Part shown: one piece after another, positions 36,526 to 46,447 of the stretch
How positions within the stretch are numbered: position 1 is the first letter of the stretch
Layout: each line of letters opens with the position of its first letter
Assembly (NCBI GenBank): GCA_963769425.1
Contig: CAVYLP010000001.1
Coordinates: 96,001 to 160,000, forward strand
DNA from: Candidatus Bathyarchaeota archaeon
GTDB taxonomy: Archaea > Thermoproteota > Bathyarchaeia > TCS64
Direction: 5' to 3'
DNA: 64,000 nt
The notes under the pieces: generated by a model
What the model was told of the DNA's origin: nothing
Databases searched by the model: none
The model's input: the letters and a program-made list of their open reading frames with translations, nothing else
Position numbers and translations under genes: made by a program

Positions 36526-38448
36526 TCAAAGCACCACCGTTATGAACATTATCATGACGAGAATCGCACCCGCCACTGCTCCGTAGGCCAGCACGTTTGA
36601 TTGGCTGAACTCATTCTCCATGAACAGGGCGGAGACCTCCATCGGGACCTGCGTGTCCGCCGTCGTCCTGAAGGCGTCCGGGTCCGCGACGTTCTCGCCG
36701 CTGACGTATGGGGGCTTCACCACGCCGCCCTTCTTCGTAGCGATCATCCATCCTATAACGAAGATGGCGATTGCACCGACCCAGAAGGGGTATGTGAGGA
36801 AAGTGCCGATGCCGGAGGAGAAACTGAGGGTCCCTGTGGTCACGAATGCGGACCACCCAGTAGGGAGCGCAGGGAGCACAACGGCGCCGATCACCATCGA
36901 TGCGCCGGCTCCCATCACTATGCCGATGGTCAGCAGGGACAGCAGGGATATCGAGTATGGCAACGGGAGCTGCTCCTCGCCGAGCTTCTTCCCGGACTGC
37001 GGGAGCACGAGCATGTGACCCAGCCACTTAGCGTAGTAGAGCGTAGTCGCTGCGCTGCCGATGAGTACGAGTGAGATTATTATGAGGAAACCCAGGGTGG
37101 AAGACGAGATTATCGCGTCTATGGCTATCCACTTACCCAGAAGCATCCCGAAGGGCGGTAGGAACATGCTCAGCATCCCGACGATCATGATGGTCGTCGT
37201 AGTCGGGAGCTTAGCGAGTAGACCCTCCCAGTCCTCGATCGCGCGCGAGTATACGCGGTTCTCGACGACACCCGCGCAGAGGAAGAGTAGACCCTTTGAA
37301 ACGGAGTGGAAGACGAGTAGCGTAAGAGCAGCGACGTAGCCCAGCGGGTTCTGGAAGGAGCTGATGCCCACACAGAGGATGATGAGTCCGAGGTTCCCAA
37401 TTGTTGAGTAGGCAAGTATTCCCTTGGATACCCTCTCATTTAGGGCGAGGACAGCCGTTATCATGAATGTGAACGCCCCGACGAGGGCGACCCCGAAGCT
37501 CAGTGCGGTACCGCTGAAGGCGGGGGCGAACCTCAGGATGAGGAAGATGCCCGCGTTAACCATCGTGCTGGAGTGCAGCAGCGCGGAGACAGGGGTCGGT
37601 GCGACCATAGCGCCTTGCAACCACTTGTTGAACGGAAACTGCGCCGACTTCGTGAAAGCTGCGAAGACGAGCGCAGAGAAGAGGAGTAACAGTGGGCGGC
37701 TAAGGTTCGAGGTTACAAGCGTCTCGATTGAGAGTGTACCAACGAAGGTGAAAGCCAAGTAGATTGCGGCGACGAACCCGACGCCGCCGAGGAGGTTCAT
37801 CCAGAGGGCTGTAAGCGCGTTCTTCACAGCGATATCCGTGCCGTCGTGCCTGATCAGCTCGTAGCTGCACAGGGTCGTGACCTCCCAGAAGAAGTAGACC
37901 CAGTAGAGGCTGTTGCTGAAGACTAGGCCAGCCATGGCGCCGAGGAGGACGAGCATGAAGAAGAAGAAGCGTGGCTGTTTGCTCTTCTCAATGTGCAGGT
38001 GGTGCTCGTGCTCATCCATGTAGCTAAGCGCGTAGACGACGATGAGGGAGCCCACGATGCTGATGATGAGGCTCATAATAAGGGAAAGCTGGTTGACAAC
38101 TATCATAGGCTCAACGGCCATTCCGCCGAGGCCGAACTCAAAATAGGCCACTGGGACGAGTTGCAGAGCAGCGAGCCCGATGACCAGCCAATTATTGTTC
38201 TTCAGTCCAGCGTACAGGAAGTAGACGAGGAGAGCTAGGTCAAGCACGAGTACGATGCTCTCGAATATGGGCGCCGGCTCGTACGTGAAGCCACCCCCCT
38301 GGAATAGCAGCAGGGATGAGCCAATTAGGATAACGGCGGTCAACCCGACGAGGATTCGTCTGGCCGCCTTATTGTTTAGGGCATAACATAGGAGACCCGC
38401 CAATGGTGGGAAACCAACCGTCAGGGCTATGAGAGCATCTCCATTCAT
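36526..38448 (-). CDS. echA: Ech hydrogenase antiporter-like subunit (NuoL-like)
   Basis: FFWEVTT, KSAQFPF..WL.GAMVAPTPVSALLHSSTMV, LAYST, FHSVSK. Confidence 0.93.
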   Translation of the reverse strand: MNGDALIALTVGFPPLAGLLCYALNNKAARRILVGLTAVILIGSSLLLFQGGGFTYEPAPIFESIVLVLDLALLVYFLYAGLKNNNWLVIGLAALQLVPVAYFEFGLGGMAVEPMIVVNQLSLIMSLIISIVGSLIVVYALSYMDEHEHHLHIEKSKQPRFFFFMLVLLGAMAGLVFSNSLYWVYFFWEVTTLCSYELIRHDGTDIAVKNALTALWMNLLGGVGFVAAIYLAFTFVGTLSIETLVTSNLSRPLLLLFSALVFAAFTKSAQFPFNKWLQGAMVAPTPVSALLHSSTMVNAGIFLILRFAPAFSGTALSFGVALVGAFTFMITAVLALNERVSKGILAYSTIGNLGLIILCVGISSFQNPLGYVAALTLLVFHSVSKGLLFLCAGVVENRVYSRAIEDWEGLLAKLPTTTTIMIVGMLSMFLPPFGMLLGKWIAIDAIISSSTLGFLIIISLVLIGSAATTLYYAKWLGHMLVLPQSGKKLGEEQLPLPYSISLLSLLTIGIVMGAGASMVIGAVVLPALPTGWSAFVTTGTLSFSSGIGTFLTYPFWVGAIAIFVIGWMIATKKGGVVKPPYVSGENVADPDAFRTTADTQVPMEVSALFMENEFSQSNVLAYGAVAGAILVMIMFITVVL

Positions 38449-38589
38449 GAGTTCTCACACAACATTTGTACAGAAAACGGCGGGATAGATGACATAGATT
38501 CAGCGCAAAGGTAAGTATATACCTCCGCCGAAACTGTACATACCATCCCCTACGCTTCAAAATAAAGAGATTTAAACATATCGTTAAAA

Positions 38590-38620
38590 AAAGACGTTTT
38601 CTTTATAAAGATATGTCTTT
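38590..38620. promoter_or_regulatory. imperfect palindrome centred on TTTATAAA in the divergent echA/gdhA promoter region
   Basis: AAAGACGTTTT-CTTTATAAAG-ATATGTCTTT. Confidence 0.45.
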
Positions 38621-38837
38621 AAAATGACAAAAGATAGAATTACTTAATGTTCTGAACGGCATTTGTCAATAAATTAGAAATATTTACCGTACAAATTCGC
38701 TTATTTAACTTAATTTTATCGATTAATATTTGTAATATTGGTAATTACTATAATTAAAATAAATATAGAATATATATGGGGAAAAATATGGATAGCAATA
38801 TATACCGGATGGCTGGAGTTTATGGGAGGCGCGAAAA

Positions 38838-40187
38838 TTGGATAAGTACATTGAGAGTATCTACAAAGGCCTCGTTGAGAAGGATCCCCTACAGAAGGAG
38901 TTCCATCAGGCAGCTTACGAGGTTCTATCGACCATCGAGCCGGCGATCAAGAAGTTCCCTAAGTACCAGGAGAACGCCATCCTTGAGCGCTTGGTTGAGC
39001 CCGAAAGGATCATTCAGTTCCGTGTTCCTTGGAAGGACAAGGACGGCAAGATCCAAGTCAACCGCGGCTACCGTGTACAGTACAACTCAGCCATCGGCCC
39101 ATACAAGGGCGGATTCAGACTCCATCCCACCGTCAACCTCGGCGTCATGAAGTTCCTCGGGTTCGAGCAGACCTTCAAGAACAGCCTCACAACGCTCCCA
39201 ATGGGAGGCGCAAAGGGCGGCTCCGACTTCGACCCCAAGGGCAAAACGGATGCTGAGGTAGAGACCTTCTGCGAGAGCTTCATGTTCGAGATCTACAGGC
39301 ACATCGGTCAGTTCATCGACGTCCCCGCAGGCGACATCGGTGTCGGCGGGCGAGAGATCGGCTACCTGTACGGTGCCTACCGCAAGATCACCAACAACCA
39401 CGGCACAGGTGTACTCACGGGTAAGGGCCTTACCTTCGGCGGCAGCCTCGCGAGGACCGAGGCGACCGGCTATGGTGCAGTCTACTTCAGTGAGGAGATG
39501 ATGAAGACGAAGAAGGAGTCCCTAAAGGGCAAGGTCGCCGTCGTCTCCGGCTCCGGAAACGTCGCACAGTACGCGGTCCAGAAGCTCATCCAGCTCGGCG
39601 CTAAGCCAGTCACTCTTAGTGACTCCGACGGCTACATCTACGACCCTGCAGGCATCGACGCGAAGAAGCTTGACTACGTGCTCGAGCTCAAGAACGTCAA
39701 GAGGGGCCGCATCAGCGAGTACGCTGAGAAGTTCAAGGGCGTCACCTACGAGGCGAAGAAGACCCCGTGGGCCGTAAAGTGCGACCTAGCATACCCCTGC
39801 GCGACTCAGAACGAGCTAAACGACAAGGACGCTAAGAAGCTCATCGACAACGGAGTCAAGGCGGTCACCGAGGGCGCAAACATGCCGTGCACCCTAGAGG
39901 CCATCAAGGTCCTCATGGACGGGGGCGTGCTATACGCACCAGGCAAGGCCAGCAACGCAGGCGGCGTAGCCACGAGTGGCCTCGAAATGAGCCAGAACAG
40001 CCAGCGCTACTTCTGGAGCTTCGAGGAGGTTGACCAGAAGCTACACGGCATCATGGTCAGCATCCACAAGAACGCGTACGACACGGCGAAGCTCTTCGGT
40101 CAGCCCGGTAACTATGTCATGGGCGCCAACATCGCAGGCTTCCTCAAGGTAGCCGACGCGATGATCGCTCAGGGCATATACGCCTAA
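38838..40187 (+). CDS. gdhA: NADP-specific glutamate dehydrogenase
   Basis: GPYKGG.R.HP, KNSLTTLPMGGAKGGSDFDPKG, DVPAGDIGVG, GSGNVA, KASNAGGV. Confidence 0.96.
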   Translation: MDKYIESIYKGLVEKDPLQKEFHQAAYEVLSTIEPAIKKFPKYQENAILERLVEPERIIQFRVPWKDKDGKIQVNRGYRVQYNSAIGPYKGGFRLHPTVNLGVMKFLGFEQTFKNSLTTLPMGGAKGGSDFDPKGKTDAEVETFCESFMFEIYRHIGQFIDVPAGDIGVGGREIGYLYGAYRKITNNHGTGVLTGKGLTFGGSLARTEATGYGAVYFSEEMMKTKKESLKGKVAVVSGSGNVAQYAVQKLIQLGAKPVTLSDSDGYIYDPAGIDAKKLDYVLELKNVKRGRISEYAEKFKGVTYEAKKTPWAVKCDLAYPCATQNELNDKDAKKLIDNGVKAVTEGANMPCTLEAIKVLMDGGVLYAPGKASNAGGVATSGLEMSQNSQRYFWSFEEVDQKLHGIMVSIHKNAYDTAKLFGQPGNYVMGANIAGFLKVADAMIAQGIYA

Positions 40188-40340
40188 ATTTTCCTTTTTC
40201 CCTTTTTACATTCTAAATAAAAAATTCATTTTTCATGCATCGGTTTCTTCCCTTTAATTAAGGCTGCAAGTTATGGCTGATATGTAATTACAACATGTAC
40301 AGGTTTTTATAGTATTGACCCTAAGTACTGTGATCCCTTC

Positions 40341-41159
40341 ATGTACGATATAGTGCGGAAGGAGCAGCTTGCACCGAACATCAAGCTCTTTGAGGTCAAC
40401 GCGCCCGCGGTTGCCGCTAAATCGAGGCCTGGGCAGTTTGTAATTCTGCGTGTCCACGAACGGGGTGAGAGATTTCCGATAACGATAGCCGACGCCAGCC
40501 CCAGGAAGGGCACGGTTAACATCATCTTTGCAGAGGTGGGCAAGTCATCGACCCAACTCGGGAAGCTAGAGGTCGGGGAGGGCATACTGAACTTCTCCGG
40601 CCCCCTCGGGAACGCGACTAAGATTCAGAAATACGGCGACGTCCTCTGCGTCGGTGGGGGGGTTATGGCCGGTGCACTGCTATACCAGGTGAAGGCGTTG
40701 AAGAATGCGGGGAACCACATAACAACGATCCTCGGGGCGAGGAGCAAGGAGCACCTGATCCTCGTAGATGAACTAAGGAAGGCCAGCGACGAGTTCCACG
40801 TCGCCACGGACGACGGCTCGGAGGGCCACGAGGGCATAGCCTTCCTCGCGGAGATGCTTAAGGAGAAGAAGTTCGCCCAGGCAATCACCATCGGGCCGAC
40901 GAGCATGCAGATGGTCGTCTCCGAGATGACGAGGCCCTACAGTATACCCACAACGGTGAACCTGTTCCCTATAATGGTGGATGGGACGGGTATGTGCGGG
41001 GCCTGCCGTGTAACTGTCGGCGGGGAGACGAAGTTCGCATGCGTAAACGGCCCAGATTTCGATGGCCACAAGGTAAACTACGACGAGCTGATTAGTCGCA
41101 TGAGGTTCTACAACCCAAACGAGAAGATTGCCATGGTAGTTTTCGACGGAGGCGACTGA
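40341..41159 (+). CDS. nfnA: NfnA/SudB-type subunit of NADH-dependent ferredoxin:NADP+ oxidoreductase
   Basis: PGQFVILR..E.GER.PITIAD, GPLG, MVDGTGMCGACRV, CVNGPDF. Confidence 0.9.
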   Translation: MYDIVRKEQLAPNIKLFEVNAPAVAAKSRPGQFVILRVHERGERFPITIADASPRKGTVNIIFAEVGKSSTQLGKLEVGEGILNFSGPLGNATKIQKYGDVLCVGGGVMAGALLYQVKALKNAGNHITTILGARSKEHLILVDELRKASDEFHVATDDGSEGHEGIAFLAEMLKEKKFAQAITIGPTSMQMVVSEMTRPYSIPTTVNLFPIMVDGTGMCGACRVTVGGETKFACVNGPDFDGHKVNYDELISRMRFYNPNEKIAMVVFDGGD

Positions 41160-41160
41160 C

Positions 41161-42564
41161 ATGGCGCAAAAGAACCCCCAGATGGAGATGCCTAAGCAGG
41201 CGGTCGAACAAAGGGTACACAACTTTGATGAGGTCGCGCTAGGTTACATTGAGGAACTCGCTCTGATGGAGGCGGGGAGGTGCCTAAACTGCCCCAAGCC
41301 ACAGTGCAAGAAGGGGTGCCCGGTAGAGGTTCCCATCCCCGAGTTTATACAGCTCATAAAAGAGCACAAGTTCGCGGAGGCGGCTAAAAAACTCAAGGAG
41401 AAGAACGCGCTTCCCGCCGTTTGCGGTAGGGTATGCCCACAGGAGGAGCAGTGCCAGAAGTTCTGCGTCCTCGGCGTCAGGGGCGACCCCGTCGGAATCG
41501 GGCGCCTCGAGAGGTACGCCTCAGACTGGGAGAGGCTTAACACGAAGCTCGAGCCCCAGGCAATAACACAGACGGGGGGCAAGGTCGCGGTCGTGGGCTC
41601 CGGCCCAGCCGGGTTAACCGTAGCCGCTGACCTCGCCAAGATGGGGCACAAGGTCACGATCTTCGAGTCCCTACACACGGCTGGAGGCGTGCTCATGTAT
41701 GGCATCCCCCAGTTCAGGCTCCCGAAGGAGATAGTCCAGACCGAGGTCGAGTACGTGAAGAGCCTCGGCGTCGAGCTACGCCTAGACTCCACCATCGGGC
41801 TACTATCCACCATACAGGAGCTGATGACCGGCGGCTACGATGCGGTTTTCATAGGCTCTGGCGCCGGACTCCCCAACTTCCTCCATGTTCCCGGCGAGAA
41901 CCTAAAGGGCATCTACTCCGCGAACGAATTTCTCATCCGCACGAACCTGATGAAGGCGTACAAGTTCCCAGAGTACGATACGCCGATAAGAGTGGGAAAG
42001 AAAGTCGGGGTCGTCGGGGCCGGCAATGTCGCCATGGACTCCGCCCGCTGCTCCTTGCGACTGGGGGCCGAGCGTGTCTACATCATCTACCGACGGAGCA
42101 GAGATGAGATGCCTGCGAGAGCAGAGGAGGCCGAGAACGCCGAGGAGGAGGGCATAGAGTTCAACCTCCTCACCAACCCAATCCGCTTCATCGGGAACGA
42201 CCGCGGCTTCCTGGAGAAGGTCGAGTGCGTGAAGCAGCGACTCAGCGAGCCGGACCAGTCGGGCAGGCGCAGGCCTGAGCCCATCGAAGGCAGCAACTTC
42301 ACAATCGACATCGACACGGCCGTGATCGCCATCGGGCAGTCACCAAACCCCATCATCCAGCAGACGACAGAGGGGCTACAGACTACCCGCCACGGGACTA
42401 TAGTGGTTAATGAAGAAACCATGCAGACTGCCCTCCCTGGCGTCTATGCCGGAGGCGACGTGGTCAGCGGGGCGGCTACGGTCATCAGCGCTATGGGGGC
42501 TGGCAAGAAGGCCGCGAAGGCGATAAACGCATATATAATCGCTAAGGCCGCTAAAACAGTCTAA
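41161..42564 (+). CDS. nfnB: NfnB/SudA-type (GltD-like) subunit
   Basis: RCLNC..P.C..GCPV, CGRVCPQEEQC, GSGPAG, GAGNVAMD, YRRS, GAATVI.AMG; adjacent to nfnA. Confidence 0.92.
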   Translation: MAQKNPQMEMPKQAVEQRVHNFDEVALGYIEELALMEAGRCLNCPKPQCKKGCPVEVPIPEFIQLIKEHKFAEAAKKLKEKNALPAVCGRVCPQEEQCQKFCVLGVRGDPVGIGRLERYASDWERLNTKLEPQAITQTGGKVAVVGSGPAGLTVAADLAKMGHKVTIFESLHTAGGVLMYGIPQFRLPKEIVQTEVEYVKSLGVELRLDSTIGLLSTIQELMTGGYDAVFIGSGAGLPNFLHVPGENLKGIYSANEFLIRTNLMKAYKFPEYDTPIRVGKKVGVVGAGNVAMDSARCSLRLGAERVYIIYRRSRDEMPARAEEAENAEEEGIEFNLLTNPIRFIGNDRGFLEKVECVKQRLSEPDQSGRRRPEPIEGSNFTIDIDTAVIAIGQSPNPIIQQTTEGLQTTRHGTIVVNEETMQTALPGVYAGGDVVSGAATVISAMGAGKKAAKAINAYIIAKAAKTV

Positions 42565-42647
42565 ACCCCGCCTTTTCACATTAATTCACGCCGTTTCGAC
42601 GGGCTGATAGCTTAAATATTTAGTCTCTTTATTAGTATTGATCACAT

Positions 42648-42884
42648 ATGGAAAAAGCTCTGATTCTGCTAAAGGTCGAGTGCCTCGGCGAGGACTGCAT
42701 AGAGGAGGTATTAAACAGGGTCAAGCAGAGGTCGGAGGTTAAGGAGGCGGGGATGACCTTCGGTGAGTACGACGTCTACCTCATCGCTGAGGTAACAAAG
42801 TCCCTCGAGATGACAAAACTCGTTATGGAGCTCCGCGGCTACCCCTCCGTCGTCTCAACGACAACCCTTCTCATCGTAGGCTAA
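42648..42884 (+). CDS. stand-alone Lrp/AsnC ligand-binding (RAM) domain
   Basis: ALILL, V.EA..TFGEYD, LR..P.V.STTTLL; no HTH. Confidence 0.88.
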   Translation: MEKALILLKVECLGEDCIEEVLNRVKQRSEVKEAGMTFGEYDVYLIAEVTKSLEMTKLVMELRGYPSVVSTTTLLIVG

Positions 42885-42933
42885 AAATCACGGTAACCTT
42901 CCAAATTAACCATCTTCAAACCATTTTCCCAGC

Positions 42934-43278
42934 CTAGAAGAATCTAAGGAACTTCCCTAAGCTTTTTTCGCAGATAGGGCATATTGTTGATTCCTTACCC
43001 TCAACGAGGTTATCCAATGCTGATGTGATCAGACATTCATCGACCTTGATGGGGTGAGCGTTTTCAGGTGGCTCGTCGAGTCGTTCAACTCGCCATCGCA
43101 GTACACGATCCTCGCCTGAAACCGAGACCTCACAGATAATTCCAACCCCGCTCGATTGGATCCAGAAGATTTGCCTATCGGGGATCGGCATAACGTTCGT
43201 CATATAGTCGACGTAGTTCTCTGCGGGGAACGACTCGAAGTGGGCCTCTTGCCGCGCGTAATGTACGGTCTCAGTCAT
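42934..43278 (-). CDS. hypothetical protein
   Basis: 114-aa ORF with a C-terminal CPIC. Confidence 0.6.
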   Translation of the reverse strand: MTETVHYARQEAHFESFPAENYVDYMTNVMPIPDRQIFWIQSSGVGIICEVSVSGEDRVLRWRVERLDEPPENAHPIKVDECLITSALDNLVEGKESTICPICEKSLGKFLRFF

Positions 43279-43355
43279 GCCGAAGTGCTCAATGCATGAT
43301 TAGGTAGGGCGATAATAAGCCTTGAATTAGTGGAAAAGTACCATGCCCAGAAGGG

Positions 43356-43589
43356 TTACGCCTGGGGTATCACGTTGCAGGTGATAGTCGACTTGATGCC
43401 CTCGGTCTCGCGTATCTTCGTCACGGCCGCCCTCATCTCCTCACGCGTGTTCACCTTGATGGTCGCGAAGAGATCGTAGGGCCCGTAGAGCAGGTGGGCG
43501 GATGCGACGCCCGGGATCTTTCGGATCTTATCTAGGGTCTCAGACTTGAAAGACGGTGCCAGGACCACGAGAATGAGTGCCTGTTCCAT
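43356..43589 (-). CDS. stand-alone Lrp/AsnC RAM domain
   Basis: ALILV, IPGV..AHLLYGPYD, IR..EGIKSTITC. Confidence 0.88.
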   Translation of the reverse strand: MEQALILVVLAPSFKSETLDKIRKIPGVASAHLLYGPYDLFATIKVNTREEMRAAVTKIRETEGIKSTITCNVIPQA

Positions 43590-43791
43590 GACAATCGTAG
43601 AAGTAATCGCCCACATGTGATTTAAATTTATCCAACTCACGGTAACGCTCTAAATAGCTTGATGTTTGTCCGAGAAGACTGTTCATTAATCGTACATTTC
43701 AAGGAAATTTATGTATATTCGTAGGTATATGTCAATTAACGACTTCCAAACAAGCATTTATATTAATTATTGTATATATTATATGATCCAT

Positions 43792-44019
43792 ATGCAGAGG
43801 GCACTGATCTTAGTGAAGTCGAAATCGCAAGCCGACACGAATCTGTTTAACAAAATTAAGGCATACCCAGGAGTCAAAGAGGCGAATATGATCTACGGGC
43901 CCTATGACATCTACTCGGTCTGTGAGGACCCCAGTACCATGGGGATAAAGAAGACGGTCATGGAGATTAGGAACCTCCCGGGCGTCGTCTCGACGATGAC
44001 TTGCCTCATCTCGGAGTAA
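43792..44019 (+). CDS. stand-alone Lrp/AsnC RAM domain
   Basis: ALILV, PGVKEA..IYGPYD, IRNLPGVVSTMTC. Confidence 0.88.
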   Translation: MQRALILVKSKSQADTNLFNKIKAYPGVKEANMIYGPYDIYSVCEDPSTMGIKKTVMEIRNLPGVVSTMTCLISE

Positions 44020-44035
44020 TTCTTTTAAAAAAGGG

Positions 44036-46447
44036 TTAGTCGTGGGTCAGCGTCTCGACTCTCTTGTTAGCATCGTTCATCTTCTTGATACGTTCTGTGA
44101 AGTCGTTGAACATGGTGATGAGCCACGTCGGCATGCAGGCGCTCGTGAAGATAGTCTCAAGCCGCTCCCCTCCGACGCCGAGGACGTCGAGCGTCTTCTT
44201 CATCACGTCGACGCGGTCGATTGCCTCGAGGTTGCCCGTTAGATAGTTGCACTGGGTGGGGAGGCAGCCGCTGATGATCACGCCGTCTGCACCGCTCCTG
44301 AAGGCAGTGAGGACGTGCAGGGCATCTATCCTGCCCGTGCACGGGACCCTGATTATCCTGATGTTGTCCGGGTACTCCATCCCCATGTTGCCCGCGGCGT
44401 CCGCGGCGGCGTAGCTACACCACTGGCAGGCGAATGCGACGATTACAGGCTCGTCCTTCTTCTCCTCGCTCAGCCACTTCGGTGTGAGTATCGCCTTGAT
44501 CTTAGGGATGAGCTGGTCGTCCTTGTAGTGGCGCAGCTGCATGGCGGAGACTGGGCAGACGGCGCTGCATATCCCGCAGCCCTCGCACGCCACCTCGATC
44601 ACCTTCGGCTCACCGAAGGCGCTCCACTCGATGGCGCTGAAGGGGCAGATGCTCGCGCAGGCGCCGCATCCGACGCACTTCTCCTTGTCCACCCAGGCCT
44701 TCGCGAGGTCGATCTCCATCTCACCGCGCATCAGCATCGAGGCGACACGCCCAGTGGCGCCAAGCGCCTGTGTCACGCTCTCCTGAATGTCCTTGGGCCC
44801 ATGTGCTGTACCAGCTATGAATATGCCTTCGACTGCTGTATCTAGAGGCTCCAGCTTCGGGCCGCGCTCCGCGAAGAAGCCGTCAGCCGAGACAGCGACG
44901 CCAAGCTTCTGGGCCAGTTCTAGCGCTCCCTTGGAGGGCTCAAGGCCAGTGGACAGTACGAGCAGGTCCACGTAGAGTGGGACCATTTCACCATACTCGT
45001 CCTTGACGTCGACGTGTATTGAGCCATCTGGCATCGTGGTGACGCCCTCTATCTCCCCCCTGAGGAGGCGGACGCCCTGGTTCTGCGCTTTGTAGTAGTA
45101 GTCCTCGTAGTGCTTCCCTGTGAGGCGGATGTCCTTGTGAATTATCGCAAGACCCGCCTCGGGGTTCCTCTCCATGATCTCTGTGGCGTGCTTGACGGCG
45201 ATGCCGCAGCATATCTTACTGCAGTATTCGTGGGTCTTCGTGTCGCGTGAGCCGACACACTGGATCATTGCTATGCGTTTGGGCTCCTGCCCGTCGCCGG
45301 GGCGTATCACCCGCCCCTTCGTCGGCCCCGACTGGTCGAGCATCCTCGCCAGTTGTAGCTGAGTTATGACGTTCGGGTTTTCACCGTAGCCGTGCATCCC
45401 CTTGGGGTCGAAGGTCTCGAAGCCAGAGGCCACGACGACTGCGCCGATGTCCACCATCATCTCCCTCGGTTGCTCACCAAGATCGATCGCCTTCACCGGG
45501 CAGGCATCGACGCACTTCCCGCACCTCGTGCAGGTGCCGGGGTCGATCGCGTAGACCCTCGGCAGGGCCTGGTCACTGAGGATGTAGATGGCTTTCCGCT
45601 TGTCGAGACCGAAGTTGAACTCGTTCGGAACCTCGACGGGGCACACATCCGCGCACCTGTCGCATCCCATGCATAGTTCGGGGTTGACGAAGCGGGGGTT
45701 GACCCCAATCTTCGCCTTATAGTTGCCGATGTGGCCTGTGAGCGTCTTCAGCTCGGCCGATGTGAGGATGTTGACGTGCTCGTGGTTGGCCACTGTGTTT
45801 CGATAGAAGCAGCGCCGGTGGAGGTCGTTTCCGCATGGGGAGACGCAAGTTCCACAGTCGTCACTCGGGAATACCGAGCCAAGCTGCAGCACCTTGCCCC
45901 CTAGGAAGGGGGTCCTTTCTATGAGGAACACCTCCATGCCTAGGTCGCCGAGCCTCTTCGAGGCCTCGACGCCTGCGACTCCCCCGCCTATGACTAGCAC
46001 AGACTTCTGTACGGGGAAGCTCTTTTTCTCGATGGGCTCTAGTGTCTTCGCCCTCTCCACGGCTGCCTTGACTAGAAATTTGGCCTTCTCTGTCGCTTTT
46101 AGTATCTGCCCCGGGTAGAGGAGGGCACAGTGTTCGCGTATGTTCGCCATCTCGAGCAGGTACTTGTTGAGCCGTACCCTCTCCATCATCCTCTGGAAGG
46201 TGGGCTCGTGGAGCCACGGGGAGCATCCGGCGACGACGACTCTGTTGATCCCGTTTGCCTTGATCGCCTCGCTTATCGTCTTCACGCCAGCGTCGCTGCA
46301 GGCGAAGTCGCTCTCCTCGGCGTAGACTACGCCGGGGAGCTTCGAGGCGTACTCCTTGAGGCTGGTGGTGTCGACGGATTTGGCTACGTTGAGCCCGCAT
46401 CGGCAGACGAAGACGCCGACCCTCGGCTCCTCCTTGTTGTTGCTCAT
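44036..46447 (-). CDS. hdrA: HdrA-MvhD fusion protein
   Basis: VGVFVCRCG, REHC, GGGVAG, CVGSRD..YCSKICC; intact MvhD motifs FACQWCSY, PCTGR, GC...CNY. Confidence 0.92.
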   Translation of the reverse strand: MSNNKEEPRVGVFVCRCGLNVAKSVDTTSLKEYASKLPGVVYAEESDFACSDAGVKTISEAIKANGINRVVVAGCSPWLHEPTFQRMMERVRLNKYLLEMANIREHCALLYPGQILKATEKAKFLVKAAVERAKTLEPIEKKSFPVQKSVLVIGGGVAGVEASKRLGDLGMEVFLIERTPFLGGKVLQLGSVFPSDDCGTCVSPCGNDLHRRCFYRNTVANHEHVNILTSAELKTLTGHIGNYKAKIGVNPRFVNPELCMGCDRCADVCPVEVPNEFNFGLDKRKAIYILSDQALPRVYAIDPGTCTRCGKCVDACPVKAIDLGEQPREMMVDIGAVVVASGFETFDPKGMHGYGENPNVITQLQLARMLDQSGPTKGRVIRPGDGQEPKRIAMIQCVGSRDTKTHEYCSKICCGIAVKHATEIMERNPEAGLAIIHKDIRLTGKHYEDYYYKAQNQGVRLLRGEIEGVTTMPDGSIHVDVKDEYGEMVPLYVDLLVLSTGLEPSKGALELAQKLGVAVSADGFFAERGPKLEPLDTAVEGIFIAGTAHGPKDIQESVTQALGATGRVASMLMRGEMEIDLAKAWVDKEKCVGCGACASICPFSAIEWSAFGEPKVIEVACEGCGICSAVCPVSAMQLRHYKDDQLIPKIKAILTPKWLSEEKKDEPVIVAFACQWCSYAAADAAGNMGMEYPDNIRIIRVPCTGRIDALHVLTAFRSGADGVIISGCLPTQCNYLTGNLEAIDRVDVMKKTLDVLGVGGERLETIFTSACMPTWLITMFNDFTERIKKMNDANKRVETLTHD

